From IMG/VR virus record IMGVR_UViG_3300036768_001879, positions 3,441 to 67,440 of that record: a stretch of DNA of 64,000 bases. One strand, written 5' to 3'. Both the position numbers and the translations under genes were made by a program. The notes beneath the pieces are model-generated. The model saw nothing but the letters and a program-made list of their open reading frames with translations. It did no database searches and was not told where the DNA came from. Of the stretch, positions 18,899-28,300 are shown one piece after another. This DNA comes from a virus. Each line of letters opens with the position of its first letter. Position 1 is the first letter of the stretch.

Positions 18899-19725
18899 AT
18901 TACCGGATTGTCATTCCGACACACCGCCGCGCCGCCACGCTGGGCGCGCGCACCCTGAAATGGCTGCGCGCCTGCGGCGTGCCCGATGCGCGCGTGACCC
19001 TGCTGGTCAGCGACGAAGCCGACGCCGAGGCTTATCGCGCGGCCTACCCGGACTGCTGCGTGCCGACGGTGCCGGCCTTTGACTGTCTGCGCGACAAACT
19101 GAACTACCTGCACCGCACGGCCCGGCCCGGCGAACGCGTGCTGGTCATCGAGGACGATCTGACCGGACTGCTCCGCAAGCGCGACAACCGCGCGCCGCTC
19201 ACGCACGACCTTGACGCGCTCGTGGCGGACGGCTTTGCCGCCTGCGAGCGCTACGGGACGGCGCTCTGGGGCGTCACGCCCACCAACAACGGACTCTTTA
19301 TGAAGGAGCGCGCCAGCGCCGAACTGCGCTTCTGTGTCGGGTACTGCTACGGCTTTGTCGGAACCGGCGACCCGCGCCTCGAAGTCACGCTCAACTTCAA
19401 ACACGACTATGAACGCACGCTGCTTTACTTCATTCGCTATGGCGCGGTGGCGCGCCTGAACTACGTGGGCGTTGAAACGCGCAGCTTCAGCGCGCCGGGC
19501 GGGCTTCAGGAGTATTCCGCGGAAGCCCGCCGCGCCGCCGAACTGGCCAGCAACGAATACCTGCTGCGCCGTTACCCGCATCTGGTGGCGCGCGCGGCGC
19601 GCCTGAATCGCACGCTCAACGCTTACACCGAACTTCGTCTGAATGCCCGCGCCAGCCGCGATACCGACTGGATGGCGCTGCAAAGGCTGCACGATGCTGC
19701 AAATGGTTTTCCCGGCTGCTGGTAA
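18895..19725 (+). CDS. TET/JBP-associated GT-A glycosyltransferase (TAGT/GREB1-like)
   Basis: IVIPTHRRA, VLVIEDDL, KHDYERTL, APGGLQ motifs. Confidence 0.78.
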   Translation: MNYRIVIPTHRRAATLGARTLKWLRACGVPDARVTLLVSDEADAEAYRAAYPDCCVPTVPAFDCLRDKLNYLHRTARPGERVLVIEDDLTGLLRKRDNRAPLTHDLDALVADGFAACERYGTALWGVTPTNNGLFMKERASAELRFCVGYCYGFVGTGDPRLEVTLNFKHDYERTLLYFIRYGAVARLNYVGVETRSFSAPGGLQEYSAEARRAAELASNEYLLRRYPHLVARAARLNRTLNAYTELRLNARASRDTDWMALQRLHDAANGFPGCW

Positions 19726-21478
19726 GGGCGAACGTTTCAGGCGCGCCGGTTGGCGCGACGACAAGCCCTTTATCCGGATCAATGGCCTGACGCTGCTTGA
19801 ACGCGCGCTGGCGGCTGCCGCCTGCCCGCCCGAGGTGCGCGTCCTGGTGGCGCTCGGCGACAAGTACCGCAACACGCCGCTCGTTGACCGGCTGGCCGCG
19901 CAATGGCGCTTTGAACCGGTCTTTGTGCCGCCCACCGGGAGCGTCGTTGACACGCTGCTGGCCTGCGCCAGCCGTCTTGACCCGGAACTGCCGCTCGTCT
20001 GCCACGACGCCGATATTCAGCTGCCGCTCGGCTGGCCGCTCCCGCCCGGCAACGGCCTCTGGTGGACTCCCGACGAAGGACCGCTGGCGCAGTACAGCTA
20101 CCTGCGCGCCGATCAGGCCGGGCGTCTGCTTGAGATCCGCGAAAAACAGCGCATCTCGGAGCGGGCCTGTTGCGGCGTCTACAAGTTTGAGCGCGCGGGC
20201 GAATTCCTTGCCGCCGCCCGCGCGACCACCGCGCCCGGCGAACGCTACCTCTCGCACGTCATTGCCCGGATGCTCGCTGCAGGCGCTACCTTTCACGCCT
20301 GGCCCGCTACCGGCTGGATCAACAACGGAACTCCGCAGCAGCTGGCCCTGAATGCCGCCGCCCGGCCCGCCCGGCCTCATACATTCTGCTTTGACCTCGA
20401 TGGCACGCTCTGCGGCCCGCCCGCCACGCCCGGCGATTACAGCACCTGCCGCCCGCTGGAACGCAACATCGCCTGGCTGCGCGCCCTGCACGCCGCCGGA
20501 CACCGGATCATCATTCATACAGCCCGCCGCATGCTCACGCATCGCGGCAATGTGCAGGCCGTCGTTGACGAGATTGGCGAACTGACGCGCCAGCAGCTGC
20601 GCGATTTCGGCGTGCCTTACCACGAACTCGTCTTCGGCAAGCCTTACGCCGATTTCTACGTTGATGACAAAGCCGTCAATGCCGAACTCGACCCGGAGCG
20701 CGAAACCGGCTTTTACGCCAGCACCGGCCTCGCGCCCAGGCACTTCAATCAGATCACCCAAACCGCGCGCGGGCTGCGCAAGACCGGCGACCTGCGCGGC
20801 GAACGGTTCTTCTATGAGAACTGCCCGGAGGACTTCAGGCCGTTTCTGCCCCTCATTCACGACGCCTCGGACGCGGCCATCGAAATGCAGCGCCTGCCCG
20901 GCCCCACTTACGCGCAGGCCCTCGTCAGCAATGAACTCGCGCCCGCTGACCTGCGCGCCGCGCTCGATGCGCTCGCCGTGCTGCATCGCCAGCCGGACGC
21001 GGGCGCTGACACCGCCAGCCTCTATCTGGAAAGGCTCGAAGCCCGCTACGCGCAGGCTCCGGCGCTCTACGCCGCCCTGCCACAGAGCGCCCGCGTCCTT
21101 GAAGACCTGCGCGCCTTCTTTGAAGGTTACGCCTTTGAGCCGCGCCGGATGCACGGCGACCCGGTGTTCGGCAACATTCTGTTCGGCCCGCGCTTCATTG
21201 ATCCGCGCGGGCGCGTCGGCGCGCAGCTGACGCTCTGCGGCGACCCGAACTATGATCGCGCCAAGCTCCTGCAGTCGCTCACTGGCTACGATGCCGTCCT
21301 GCTCGGACGCGCGCCAGCCCGGCGCACCGTTGAACGCCTGATTGCTGAACTCAATCCGCAGCCGGACGTCTGGCGCATTACGCTGGCGCATTACTTCTGT
21401 CTGCTGCCGCTGCACACCGAACTGCATCAGGAGTTCTGGCAGATCGCCCTTGAACTTCATCGCCAGTGGTTCGGCTGA
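19694..21478 (+). CDS. trifunctional nucleotidyltransferase - HAD phosphatase - APH/choline-kinase-like protein
   Basis: FPAAGKGERF..KPFI (NTase); CFDLDGTL, IHTAR, FGKPYADFYVDDK (HAD); HGDPVFGNIL..FIDPRG (kinase). Confidence 0.82.
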   Translation: MLQMVFPAAGKGERFRRAGWRDDKPFIRINGLTLLERALAAAACPPEVRVLVALGDKYRNTPLVDRLAAQWRFEPVFVPPTGSVVDTLLACASRLDPELPLVCHDADIQLPLGWPLPPGNGLWWTPDEGPLAQYSYLRADQAGRLLEIREKQRISERACCGVYKFERAGEFLAAARATTAPGERYLSHVIARMLAAGATFHAWPATGWINNGTPQQLALNAAARPARPHTFCFDLDGTLCGPPATPGDYSTCRPLERNIAWLRALHAAGHRIIIHTARRMLTHRGNVQAVVDEIGELTRQQLRDFGVPYHELVFGKPYADFYVDDKAVNAELDPERETGFYASTGLAPRHFNQITQTARGLRKTGDLRGERFFYENCPEDFRPFLPLIHDASDAAIEMQRLPGPTYAQALVSNELAPADLRAALDALAVLHRQPDAGADTASLYLERLEARYAQAPALYAALPQSARVLEDLRAFFEGYAFEPRRMHGDPVFGNILFGPRFIDPRGRVGAQLTLCGDPNYDRAKLLQSLTGYDAVLLGRAPARRTVERLIAELNPQPDVWRITLAHYFCLLPLHTELHQEFWQIALELHRQWFG

Positions 21479-21494
21479 ATGAACTGTTTGACCG

Positions 21495-22208
21495 ATGATG
21501 AAAGAACGCCGTAAACAATCAACGCCCGCGCAGCCCTGGGAACGCCTCCCGGATGAATCCGCGCCCGCCTGGGCTGCCTTTGTCGAGTACCGCGAACTCG
21601 GCCCTGAACGCAGCACGGAAGCAGTCGCCAGAAAGGTGGCAAAAAGTTGGCAGCTGATCCGGCGCTGGTGCGCCCGCCACGACTGGGTGGCTCGCACTGC
21701 CGCCTACGACTCGTGGCTGGCCGAACTCCGGCAGCAGGAAGCCGAAAAAGCCATCCGCGAGGAACAGCGCAGGTGGGCCGAGCGCGAACGCCAGCAGCGC
21801 GAGGAACTCTGGGAAACGCGCAACCTGCTCATTCAGAAGTACCGCGAAATGGCGCAGATGCCCATGCGCGAAATCACCCGCGTTGCGCCCGATCCGGAAG
21901 CGCCCGATCAGCTGGTGCAGGTCACGATCAAGCCCGTGCGCTTCAACGCCAATTCGCTGGCGCATCTGGCGCGCGCCGTGGCTGAGGTCGGCAACCTGGC
22001 CGTTGAGCGCCCGACACAGCACGCGCAGATTGATCTGAACGCGCAGGTCGGCTTCAGAGGCATTGAAACGCGCCAGCAGGCCGAGGCTTACCTGAAACAG
22101 TTTGCCGAGCGCCTGCGCCAGCAGCTCAACATCAGCGCCGAGGAAGCCGCGCAGCTGGCCCGCGATGCCTGCCCGGCTGAAACCGCCCTGCTCGAAATGC
22201 CCGAATAA
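21495..22208 (+). CDS. putative terminase small subunit
   Basis: WERLPDESAPAWAAFVEYRELGPERS..RWCARHDWVARTAAYD HTH; upstream of TerL. Confidence 0.65.
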   Translation: MMKERRKQSTPAQPWERLPDESAPAWAAFVEYRELGPERSTEAVARKVAKSWQLIRRWCARHDWVARTAAYDSWLAELRQQEAEKAIREEQRRWAERERQQREELWETRNLLIQKYREMAQMPMREITRVAPDPEAPDQLVQVTIKPVRFNANSLAHLARAVAEVGNLAVERPTQHAQIDLNAQVGFRGIETRQQAEAYLKQFAERLRQQLNISAEEAAQLARDACPAETALLEMPE

Positions 22209-22221
22209 CAGGAGAACAGCT

Positions 22222-22470
22222 ATGGACGACATCAGCGCGATCAATTCCTTCGACTTTGAGTTCAGAGAAGGCGGCTATGTCGGGTGGTGCCATTGCGGCG
22301 CGCAAAACGGCTGGCGCTCGACTGTCGACCTTGACGACGACTGCGGCGGCACGGGCGTCCTCTACTGCTGGTGCGGAGGCGATCTGTGCGTCTGTCACAA
22401 TCACGGCGAAACTCCGTGCTTCGGCTGCGAGGAATGCGAGGGCGATGACGACGATGATTATTGCGATTAA
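22222..22470 (+). CDS. small acidic Cys-rich protein
   Basis: AGGAG RBS; about 10 Cys in 82 aa. Confidence 0.55.
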   Translation: MDDISAINSFDFEFREGGYVGWCHCGAQNGWRSTVDLDDDCGGTGVLYCWCGGDLCVCHNHGETPCFGCEECEGDDDDDYCD

Positions 22471-22488
22471 CAGCCGCGCGAAACTCCT

Positions 22489-24129
22489 GTGACCTTCACT
22501 GAATCACAACCAGACGCCGCGCCCGACGCCGACCTGCGGCGGCGCGTGCAGGCCTTCAAGCTGAAATTCGACGACGACCTCTGCGCCGGACGCATTCCGT
22601 TTGCGCCCGCCGTCGCGCCGCTGCCCTCGCAGTGGATCGAGCAGAACGTCTACGATTACACGACCGTCAACCTTGAGAACTTCGATTTCCAGCGCGCCGC
22701 CCGCCTGCGCCTGACCGCGCGCCAGCGGCGCATCATTGACCACGTGCTCGCGCCGCGCGCCGACGGACGCCTGCGCTATGACACGGTGGTCTGGAGCGAA
22801 CCCAAGAAGTCCGGCAAGACGATGGTCGCCTCGGCGGTGGGCGCCTACTTTGCCGCCGTGATTGACCCGCCCAATGTGATCTACTGCGTGGCCAATACCG
22901 AACATCAGTCGTCGAGCCGCATCTTCGGGCAGATGGCTCCGACGCTCTACCGGCTGGCGGGCCGCTTCCCCCGCGCGCAGACCGCACGCCCGATGGTGCG
23001 GCTGCCGAGCGGCACCGTGGTGCGCGCTCTGCCCAACAACTACCGCGCCGAAGCGGGCGGCAACTACGGCCTCACGCTCTGGTCGGAGGCCTGGGCGATG
23101 AAGCACGAAGCCGATCAGCGGCTGTGGGATGAACTGGTGCCGGTGCCGACGCGCCGCATCTCGCTGCGCTGGGTCGAAACCTACGCCGGATTCGTGGACG
23201 AGGACACGCCGCTGCGCCGGTTGCATCAGCAGATCTTCACGGACTTCGATGAGCGCGCTCTGTGCGACGGCGTGCGCCGCGTGCCGGAACTCTCCGACCT
23301 GCCCTGCTACGAACTGCCCGCCGCGCGGCTCTTTGTTTACTGGTCGCACGACCGGCTGATGCCCTGGCAGCAGGGCGAGGCGGGCCGCGAGTATTACGCC
23401 GCGCAACGCCTTGAACTGACCAGCAACGCCTTCCGTCGCCTGCACGAAAACTGGTTTGTGCAGTCGGTGGGCAACTTCCTCGACGAGGAACTCCTGCGCG
23501 ACAGCCTGCGGCTGTCCGGCCCGCTCGCCGTGCCGATGGTCTTCGCCGCCGACGCCTCGCAGCGTCACGACACAACGGCGCTGGTCGGCGCGCGCCGCGT
23601 GACGGGCGCAACCGGCGATCTGTACCAGACCGGCTACGTGCGCGTCTGGAATCCGCAGGGCGAGGACATTGATCTCGAAGCCACGCTCGCCGACACGGTG
23701 CGCGAACTCTGGCGCAACGGGCTGTTGCGCGAACTCTGGTACGATCCCTTCCAGCTGCATCAGGTGATGCTCAAGCTGCGTCAGGAAGGGCTGCCGGTCT
23801 TTGAGTTCAATCAGGGGCAGGAACGCATCAGGTCGGACACGTTCCTCTCGCTGCAGTACCGCCAGCGCAACATCGAGAACTACCGCGACGATGATCTGCT
23901 CTCGCACCTGCGCGCGGCGCGCGCCCAGGAGATCGAGGGACAGAAGATTCGCCTCGTTAAAGGCACGCTCAGCAGCGCCAGCCTGATTGACGCCGCCGTG
24001 GCGCAGTCAATGGCCGTTTACAAGGCCAGCCTGCAGCCGCCCGAACAGCCGCAGGCCGTGGCTTCGGATTACTACTCCGACCCGGAAGACGCGCTGCGCT
24101 GGGATCTGCTCACGTCCGACATTGCCTGA
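22489..24129 (+). CDS. terL: terminase large subunit
   Basis: PKKSGKT Walker A; FRRLHENWF linker; nuclease FAADAS..DTTAL, YDPFQ, IDAAVA. Confidence 0.85.
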   Translation: MTFTESQPDAAPDADLRRRVQAFKLKFDDDLCAGRIPFAPAVAPLPSQWIEQNVYDYTTVNLENFDFQRAARLRLTARQRRIIDHVLAPRADGRLRYDTVVWSEPKKSGKTMVASAVGAYFAAVIDPPNVIYCVANTEHQSSSRIFGQMAPTLYRLAGRFPRAQTARPMVRLPSGTVVRALPNNYRAEAGGNYGLTLWSEAWAMKHEADQRLWDELVPVPTRRISLRWVETYAGFVDEDTPLRRLHQQIFTDFDERALCDGVRRVPELSDLPCYELPAARLFVYWSHDRLMPWQQGEAGREYYAAQRLELTSNAFRRLHENWFVQSVGNFLDEELLRDSLRLSGPLAVPMVFAADASQRHDTTALVGARRVTGATGDLYQTGYVRVWNPQGEDIDLEATLADTVRELWRNGLLRELWYDPFQLHQVMLKLRQEGLPVFEFNQGQERIRSDTFLSLQYRQRNIENYRDDDLLSHLRAARAQEIEGQKIRLVKGTLSSASLIDAAVAQSMAVYKASLQPPEQPQAVASDYYSDPEDALRWDLLTSDIA

Positions 24130-24254
24130 CGGCGCGCCCGCCCGGATGCGCCACCGTTCACCCGTCACTGACCGCGCGCCAGCGCGCTGGCAGCGGCGCT
24201 CGCCTTCAGCCTTTCCTAACGCTCAACGCCCGCCTTTTTTTGACTTCACAAACG

Positions 24255-24272
24255 TTATTGATTCTGGTAAAT
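24255..24272. promoter_or_regulatory. second copy of TTATTGATTCTGGTAAAT
   Basis: Identical to 14007-14024. Confidence 0.6.
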
Positions 24273-24337
24273 ACGATGTTGCCCGCACGCAATAAGACTG
24301 AACGAACAGTCAGCTTCACTGACAAACGCCAACTTCA

Positions 24338-24865
24338 ATGCCTGTCCTGTCGCCGCAGCGCATCCCGGTTCTGACAAGCACGCAGGTGCAGTTCGCCACG
24401 ACTGCGCCCGCGCCGGTGGTGTGGGACGCCGACAACGGCACGATCAGCCCGAACGGTCTTTACACGGCACCCGAGACGCCCGGCGTGGCGCTGGTGTCCT
24501 GCACCTCAAACGGCGAAACCCTGCTCTCGACGGTCTTCATCTGCGAGGAATTCCGCTGGAGCGGGCAGTTCGGGCAGGGCGGCACGCTGGTCGTGCCCGG
24601 CAAGGTTTCGCTGGCGATGGATCGCAGTCGGCAGGCGCGGCGGCGCGGACAGATGCGCGCTACCTGGAAGCTCCAGATGCGGCTTGAGGACTTCGACTTC
24701 CGCGAATTCATGGACTTCTACGACGCCACGCATCTGCGCCGCCCGTTCTGGTACGACGACGGGCAGACCGAAGTGAAGGGCTTCTTCTGGTTTGACAGCG
24801 ACGTTGAGTTCACCTACGCGCAGGTGCTGACCTGGGACGTCCAGGTTTCAATCCATCAATTCTGA
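24338..24865 (+). CDS. putative distal-tail/minor tail protein with N-terminal Ig-like segment
   Basis: GTISPNGLYTAP; FMDFYDA..RPFWYDD..FDSD pattern of lambda gpM/DUF2460-like proteins. Confidence 0.5.
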   Translation: MPVLSPQRIPVLTSTQVQFATTAPAPVVWDADNGTISPNGLYTAPETPGVALVSCTSNGETLLSTVFICEEFRWSGQFGQGGTLVVPGKVSLAMDRSRQARRRGQMRATWKLQMRLEDFDFREFMDFYDATHLRRPFWYDDGQTEVKGFFWFDSDVEFTYAQVLTWDVQVSIHQF

Positions 24866-24877
24866 ATCGGGTTCCGC

Positions 24878-25315
24878 ATGAATCTCAGCGAACATTTCAC
24901 GCTTGAGGAAATGATCTTCTCGCAGACGGCTGTGCGGCACGGCATCACCAATCTGCCCGGCCCGGCTGAGATCGAAAACCTCCGGGCGCTCTGCGCCGGC
25001 GTGCTGGAACCGCTGCGCCTGCTCGCCCGCCGCCCGCTGCACATCACCAGCGGGTACCGCTCGCCGGAACTCAACCGGCGCATCGGCGGCGCGGTGACTT
25101 CGCAGCACTGTCGCGGCGAGGCGGCTGATCTGGTTGCGCCCGGCCTGACCGTTGAGCAGCTGATCGAACTGGTGGCGCGCGCGCGCCTGCCGGTGGATCA
25201 GGCGATTCACGAAGGGACGTGGCTGCACGTCTCGCACACGGCGCGCCGCCCGAATCGCGGCGAATTCCTGCGCGCCACCTTCACGCGCCACGGCGTTGTT
25301 TATTCGCGCCTGTAA
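24878..25315 (+). CDS. peptidase M15A endolysin
   Basis: LSEHFTLEEM, ITSGYRSPELN..IGGA..SQH..GEAAD, WLHVS. Confidence 0.88.
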   Translation: MNLSEHFTLEEMIFSQTAVRHGITNLPGPAEIENLRALCAGVLEPLRLLARRPLHITSGYRSPELNRRIGGAVTSQHCRGEAADLVAPGLTVEQLIELVARARLPVDQAIHEGTWLHVSHTARRPNRGEFLRATFTRHGVVYSRL

Positions 25316-25343
25316 GCGCACCGCCCGCTTTCACTGAATCCTG

Positions 25344-28300
25344 ATGAATCCCGTTACCGTCAACGTTCAGAATGCTGCGCTGCCCGTCACCATTGGCGTG
25401 CCGTTTGCGCAGTCCGAAAACCTGCTCTCAACCGCCGCGCTGCGCGTCAGAAACCCGTCCGGCACGGTCATTGCGGGCAGCGGCGCGTTTGAAATCCTCG
25501 CCCGCTGGGGCGGGCTCAAAACCGACACCGCCAGGCCGATAATGATCGCGCTCGTGTCGTTCAAGCCTTCAACCGGCGTCGCCGGTAACTACACCATTGA
25601 CGACAGCAACGCCAGCTTCACGCCCGCGCCGATCACCGTCACCAGCAATCCAGGCGACTACCGCGTCCAGAACGGCGCGATTGATGTGCGGATCAGCAAG
25701 ACGTCCACCGATCTGCTCACCTCTTTTCAGATCAGCGGCAGCGAGCAGCTGGCTGCCGGATCAAAGCCGCGCCTGAACGCGGTGGCGTCGGCCAGCGCCA
25801 TCAGGACCACCGGCGTTGCTGACGTCGGCACCAACACGATCACCGTCACTTCGACCACCGGCCTGTCGGTCGGCACGCAGATCAGGCTCAAATGGGACGG
25901 CCCGCTGCTCTACATTCAGGGCGGCGCGGTCGTGGCGAGCGGCGATTACGGTTTCTACTCCAACTCGCTGACGCCCAAGCGCACCTTCTGGATCAATCGC
26001 GGCGGCGCAAATCAGGAATCGCTGACGGCGGATTTCGTCTATCCCGGCTCAGGCACCTCAGAGTGGTACTACGTCAGCGCGCCTGCCAATTCGCACAGCG
26101 CCGGCGAACTGGTCGAGGACAAGTCGCTGCTCGACGACTTCAACGCCAGCGGCGCTTACACAATCAACGCCATCAACGGCAACACGCTCACGCTCAATCG
26201 CAATCTCGGCGTGCGCGTGATCGAGAACACGCAGCTTGAAGTGCAGGGCGGCGGCACCGGCCCGGTGACTGCGCCCTTCCAGCCCGCCAGCTGCAGCGTT
26301 GAACGGCAAACCGATAATTACGTGGTCATCAGGCAGGTCGGCCACTTCACCAGCAACGTCAATCCGCTGGTTGAAGTCACCGTGCGCTGGCACATCTACA
26401 ACGGAATGTCGTGGCTGCGCGCGCAGGTGCGCCTGAACAACTACTCCGCCGACACCAGTGTCACTGCCACCGATGCGCCCTTTGATGAACTGCGCATGGA
26501 CGTGCCAACGGCCAGCGCCGCGTCGGGCAGCGATGCGGTGTCGGACAACGCTACAGCCGTCAGCCGCGTCAACGCCGGAACCACAACCGTGACGCTCTCG
26601 GCGGGTTCGTTCCAGATTTCGGTGCCGGAGTTTGCCGAGAAGTACCCGAAGAGCATCGCGGGCGATGCGGGCGGTTTTCACTTCGGCATCTTTCCGGCTG
26701 CGACAAATCAGCAGCTGCCCGGCGACCGCGCCATCTCGCACGAATTCTATCTCGGCAATTCAACCGCCACTCCAGCCACGCTCACCAGCCGCCCGACCAA
26801 CTGCGCGCTGCAGCCTTCGTATGTCGTCAACACGCAGGCGCACCGCGCCGTGACAACCGTGGCGCAGACTTACACGGCGGCGCAGTTCGGCGGCGACTCC
26901 GAGATGGCTGAAGCCGCCAACCGCAACGAGGATGCGCTGGCCGTGATCTATGACGTCTCAAAGGCGGTCGCCTACGGCTCGCAGCCCGCGCAGTCGGCAA
27001 AGGAGTTTCGCAATCGCGGCGAGTACGGCGACGGTTACGGCTGGACGATCTTCGGCACCTTCCCCTGGCAGGACAATCCGCGCTGCTACAACCACTACGA
27101 CACGCAGTTTCACACGCTCGTGCAGTATCTGCGCACGGGCGATCTGCGCGCGCTGCAGCTCGGCTCCGAGTGCGCCCGCTACATGGCCGATTACGGGATG
27201 ATCCAGTCGCGCATCTTCGGCGGCGGCAACCCGTACAACCAGTATCAGGGGCTGGCGCGCTTTGAGGATGAAGACCGGCGCGGGCCGGGCTTTCTCTCGC
27301 ACACGTGGCACGAAGGGCTGTGGCTCTACTGGGCCGTCACCGGCGATCAGGCGGTGTTTGACTCAGCCATGCTGACCATTGAAGGCAGGGATCAGACCGG
27401 CGCTACGCAACCCGGCTGCCTGAAGGCTGCCGACTGGTATCCGGCTGGCACGGGCCTCTATCCCGGCTCCTACTACGGACACGGCGCGAGCTTCAACATC
27501 TGGACGGGCAATGACGGCACGCGCTGGACCGGCTGGCCCATCCTCGGCCTGATGGCTGCTTATCGCTACACCGGGCGCAGCGACCTGCTCACGCTGGCCG
27601 GGCAGTATGCCAGCTGCTTCACGCAGACTGAAGCGGCGCAGGGCAATCACGGCTACTTCATTCAGGACGGCAGCTTCGCTACAGCCAATTCGGCTGATCC
27701 GCCGGGCAACGCGCCGAGCTTCATTCAGTACGGCTACACGCTGATCGGCATGATCGAGTACTGGAAGCAGACCGGCGACCAGACGGTGCGCGATTACATC
27801 AGCCGCGTCGGGCAGATGCTGCTCAAGGGCGATTCGCAGGCGGCGCAGGCGCGCAAGGATAACGCGCTGAGCGGCGGCGTGAGCTTCGCCGGACAGTATC
27901 TGGCTATTGAAGGCAACTACTTCTGGTGGCCGCTCGCGCAGACGACGCTCGCCTCCGGCATCAACAACACGGTGACTTCGATCACGCTCACCGACGCCTC
28001 GAAATTTCCGTTCTGGGGCTCAATCGCCATTGATGACGGCATCAACATCGAATACTGCACGGTCAGCAATCGCAGCGGCAACACGCTCACTGTCGCGCGC
28101 GGCAAGTACGGCTCGACGGCGCGCACGTGGAGCGCGGGCGTGACGGTCTACGTGCAGGCGTGGGACGGCGACGGGCCGACGAGCGGGCGCGCCATTGACT
28201 ACCTGCCCTGCATCAGCACGGCGGCCAAAATTACCGGCGACACCGGACTGCAGAACCTCGCCAAACGCATCTTCAAGGACACGGCCTTCTATTTCGGGCA

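Noticed and set aside
19616-23907. Long minus-strand ORFs (e.g. 19616-21697, 22504-23907; also 3994-5382, 31278-32864, 44490-46700)
   Set aside because: Antisense shadows of well-supported + strand genes in high-GC DNA; no motifs or RBS
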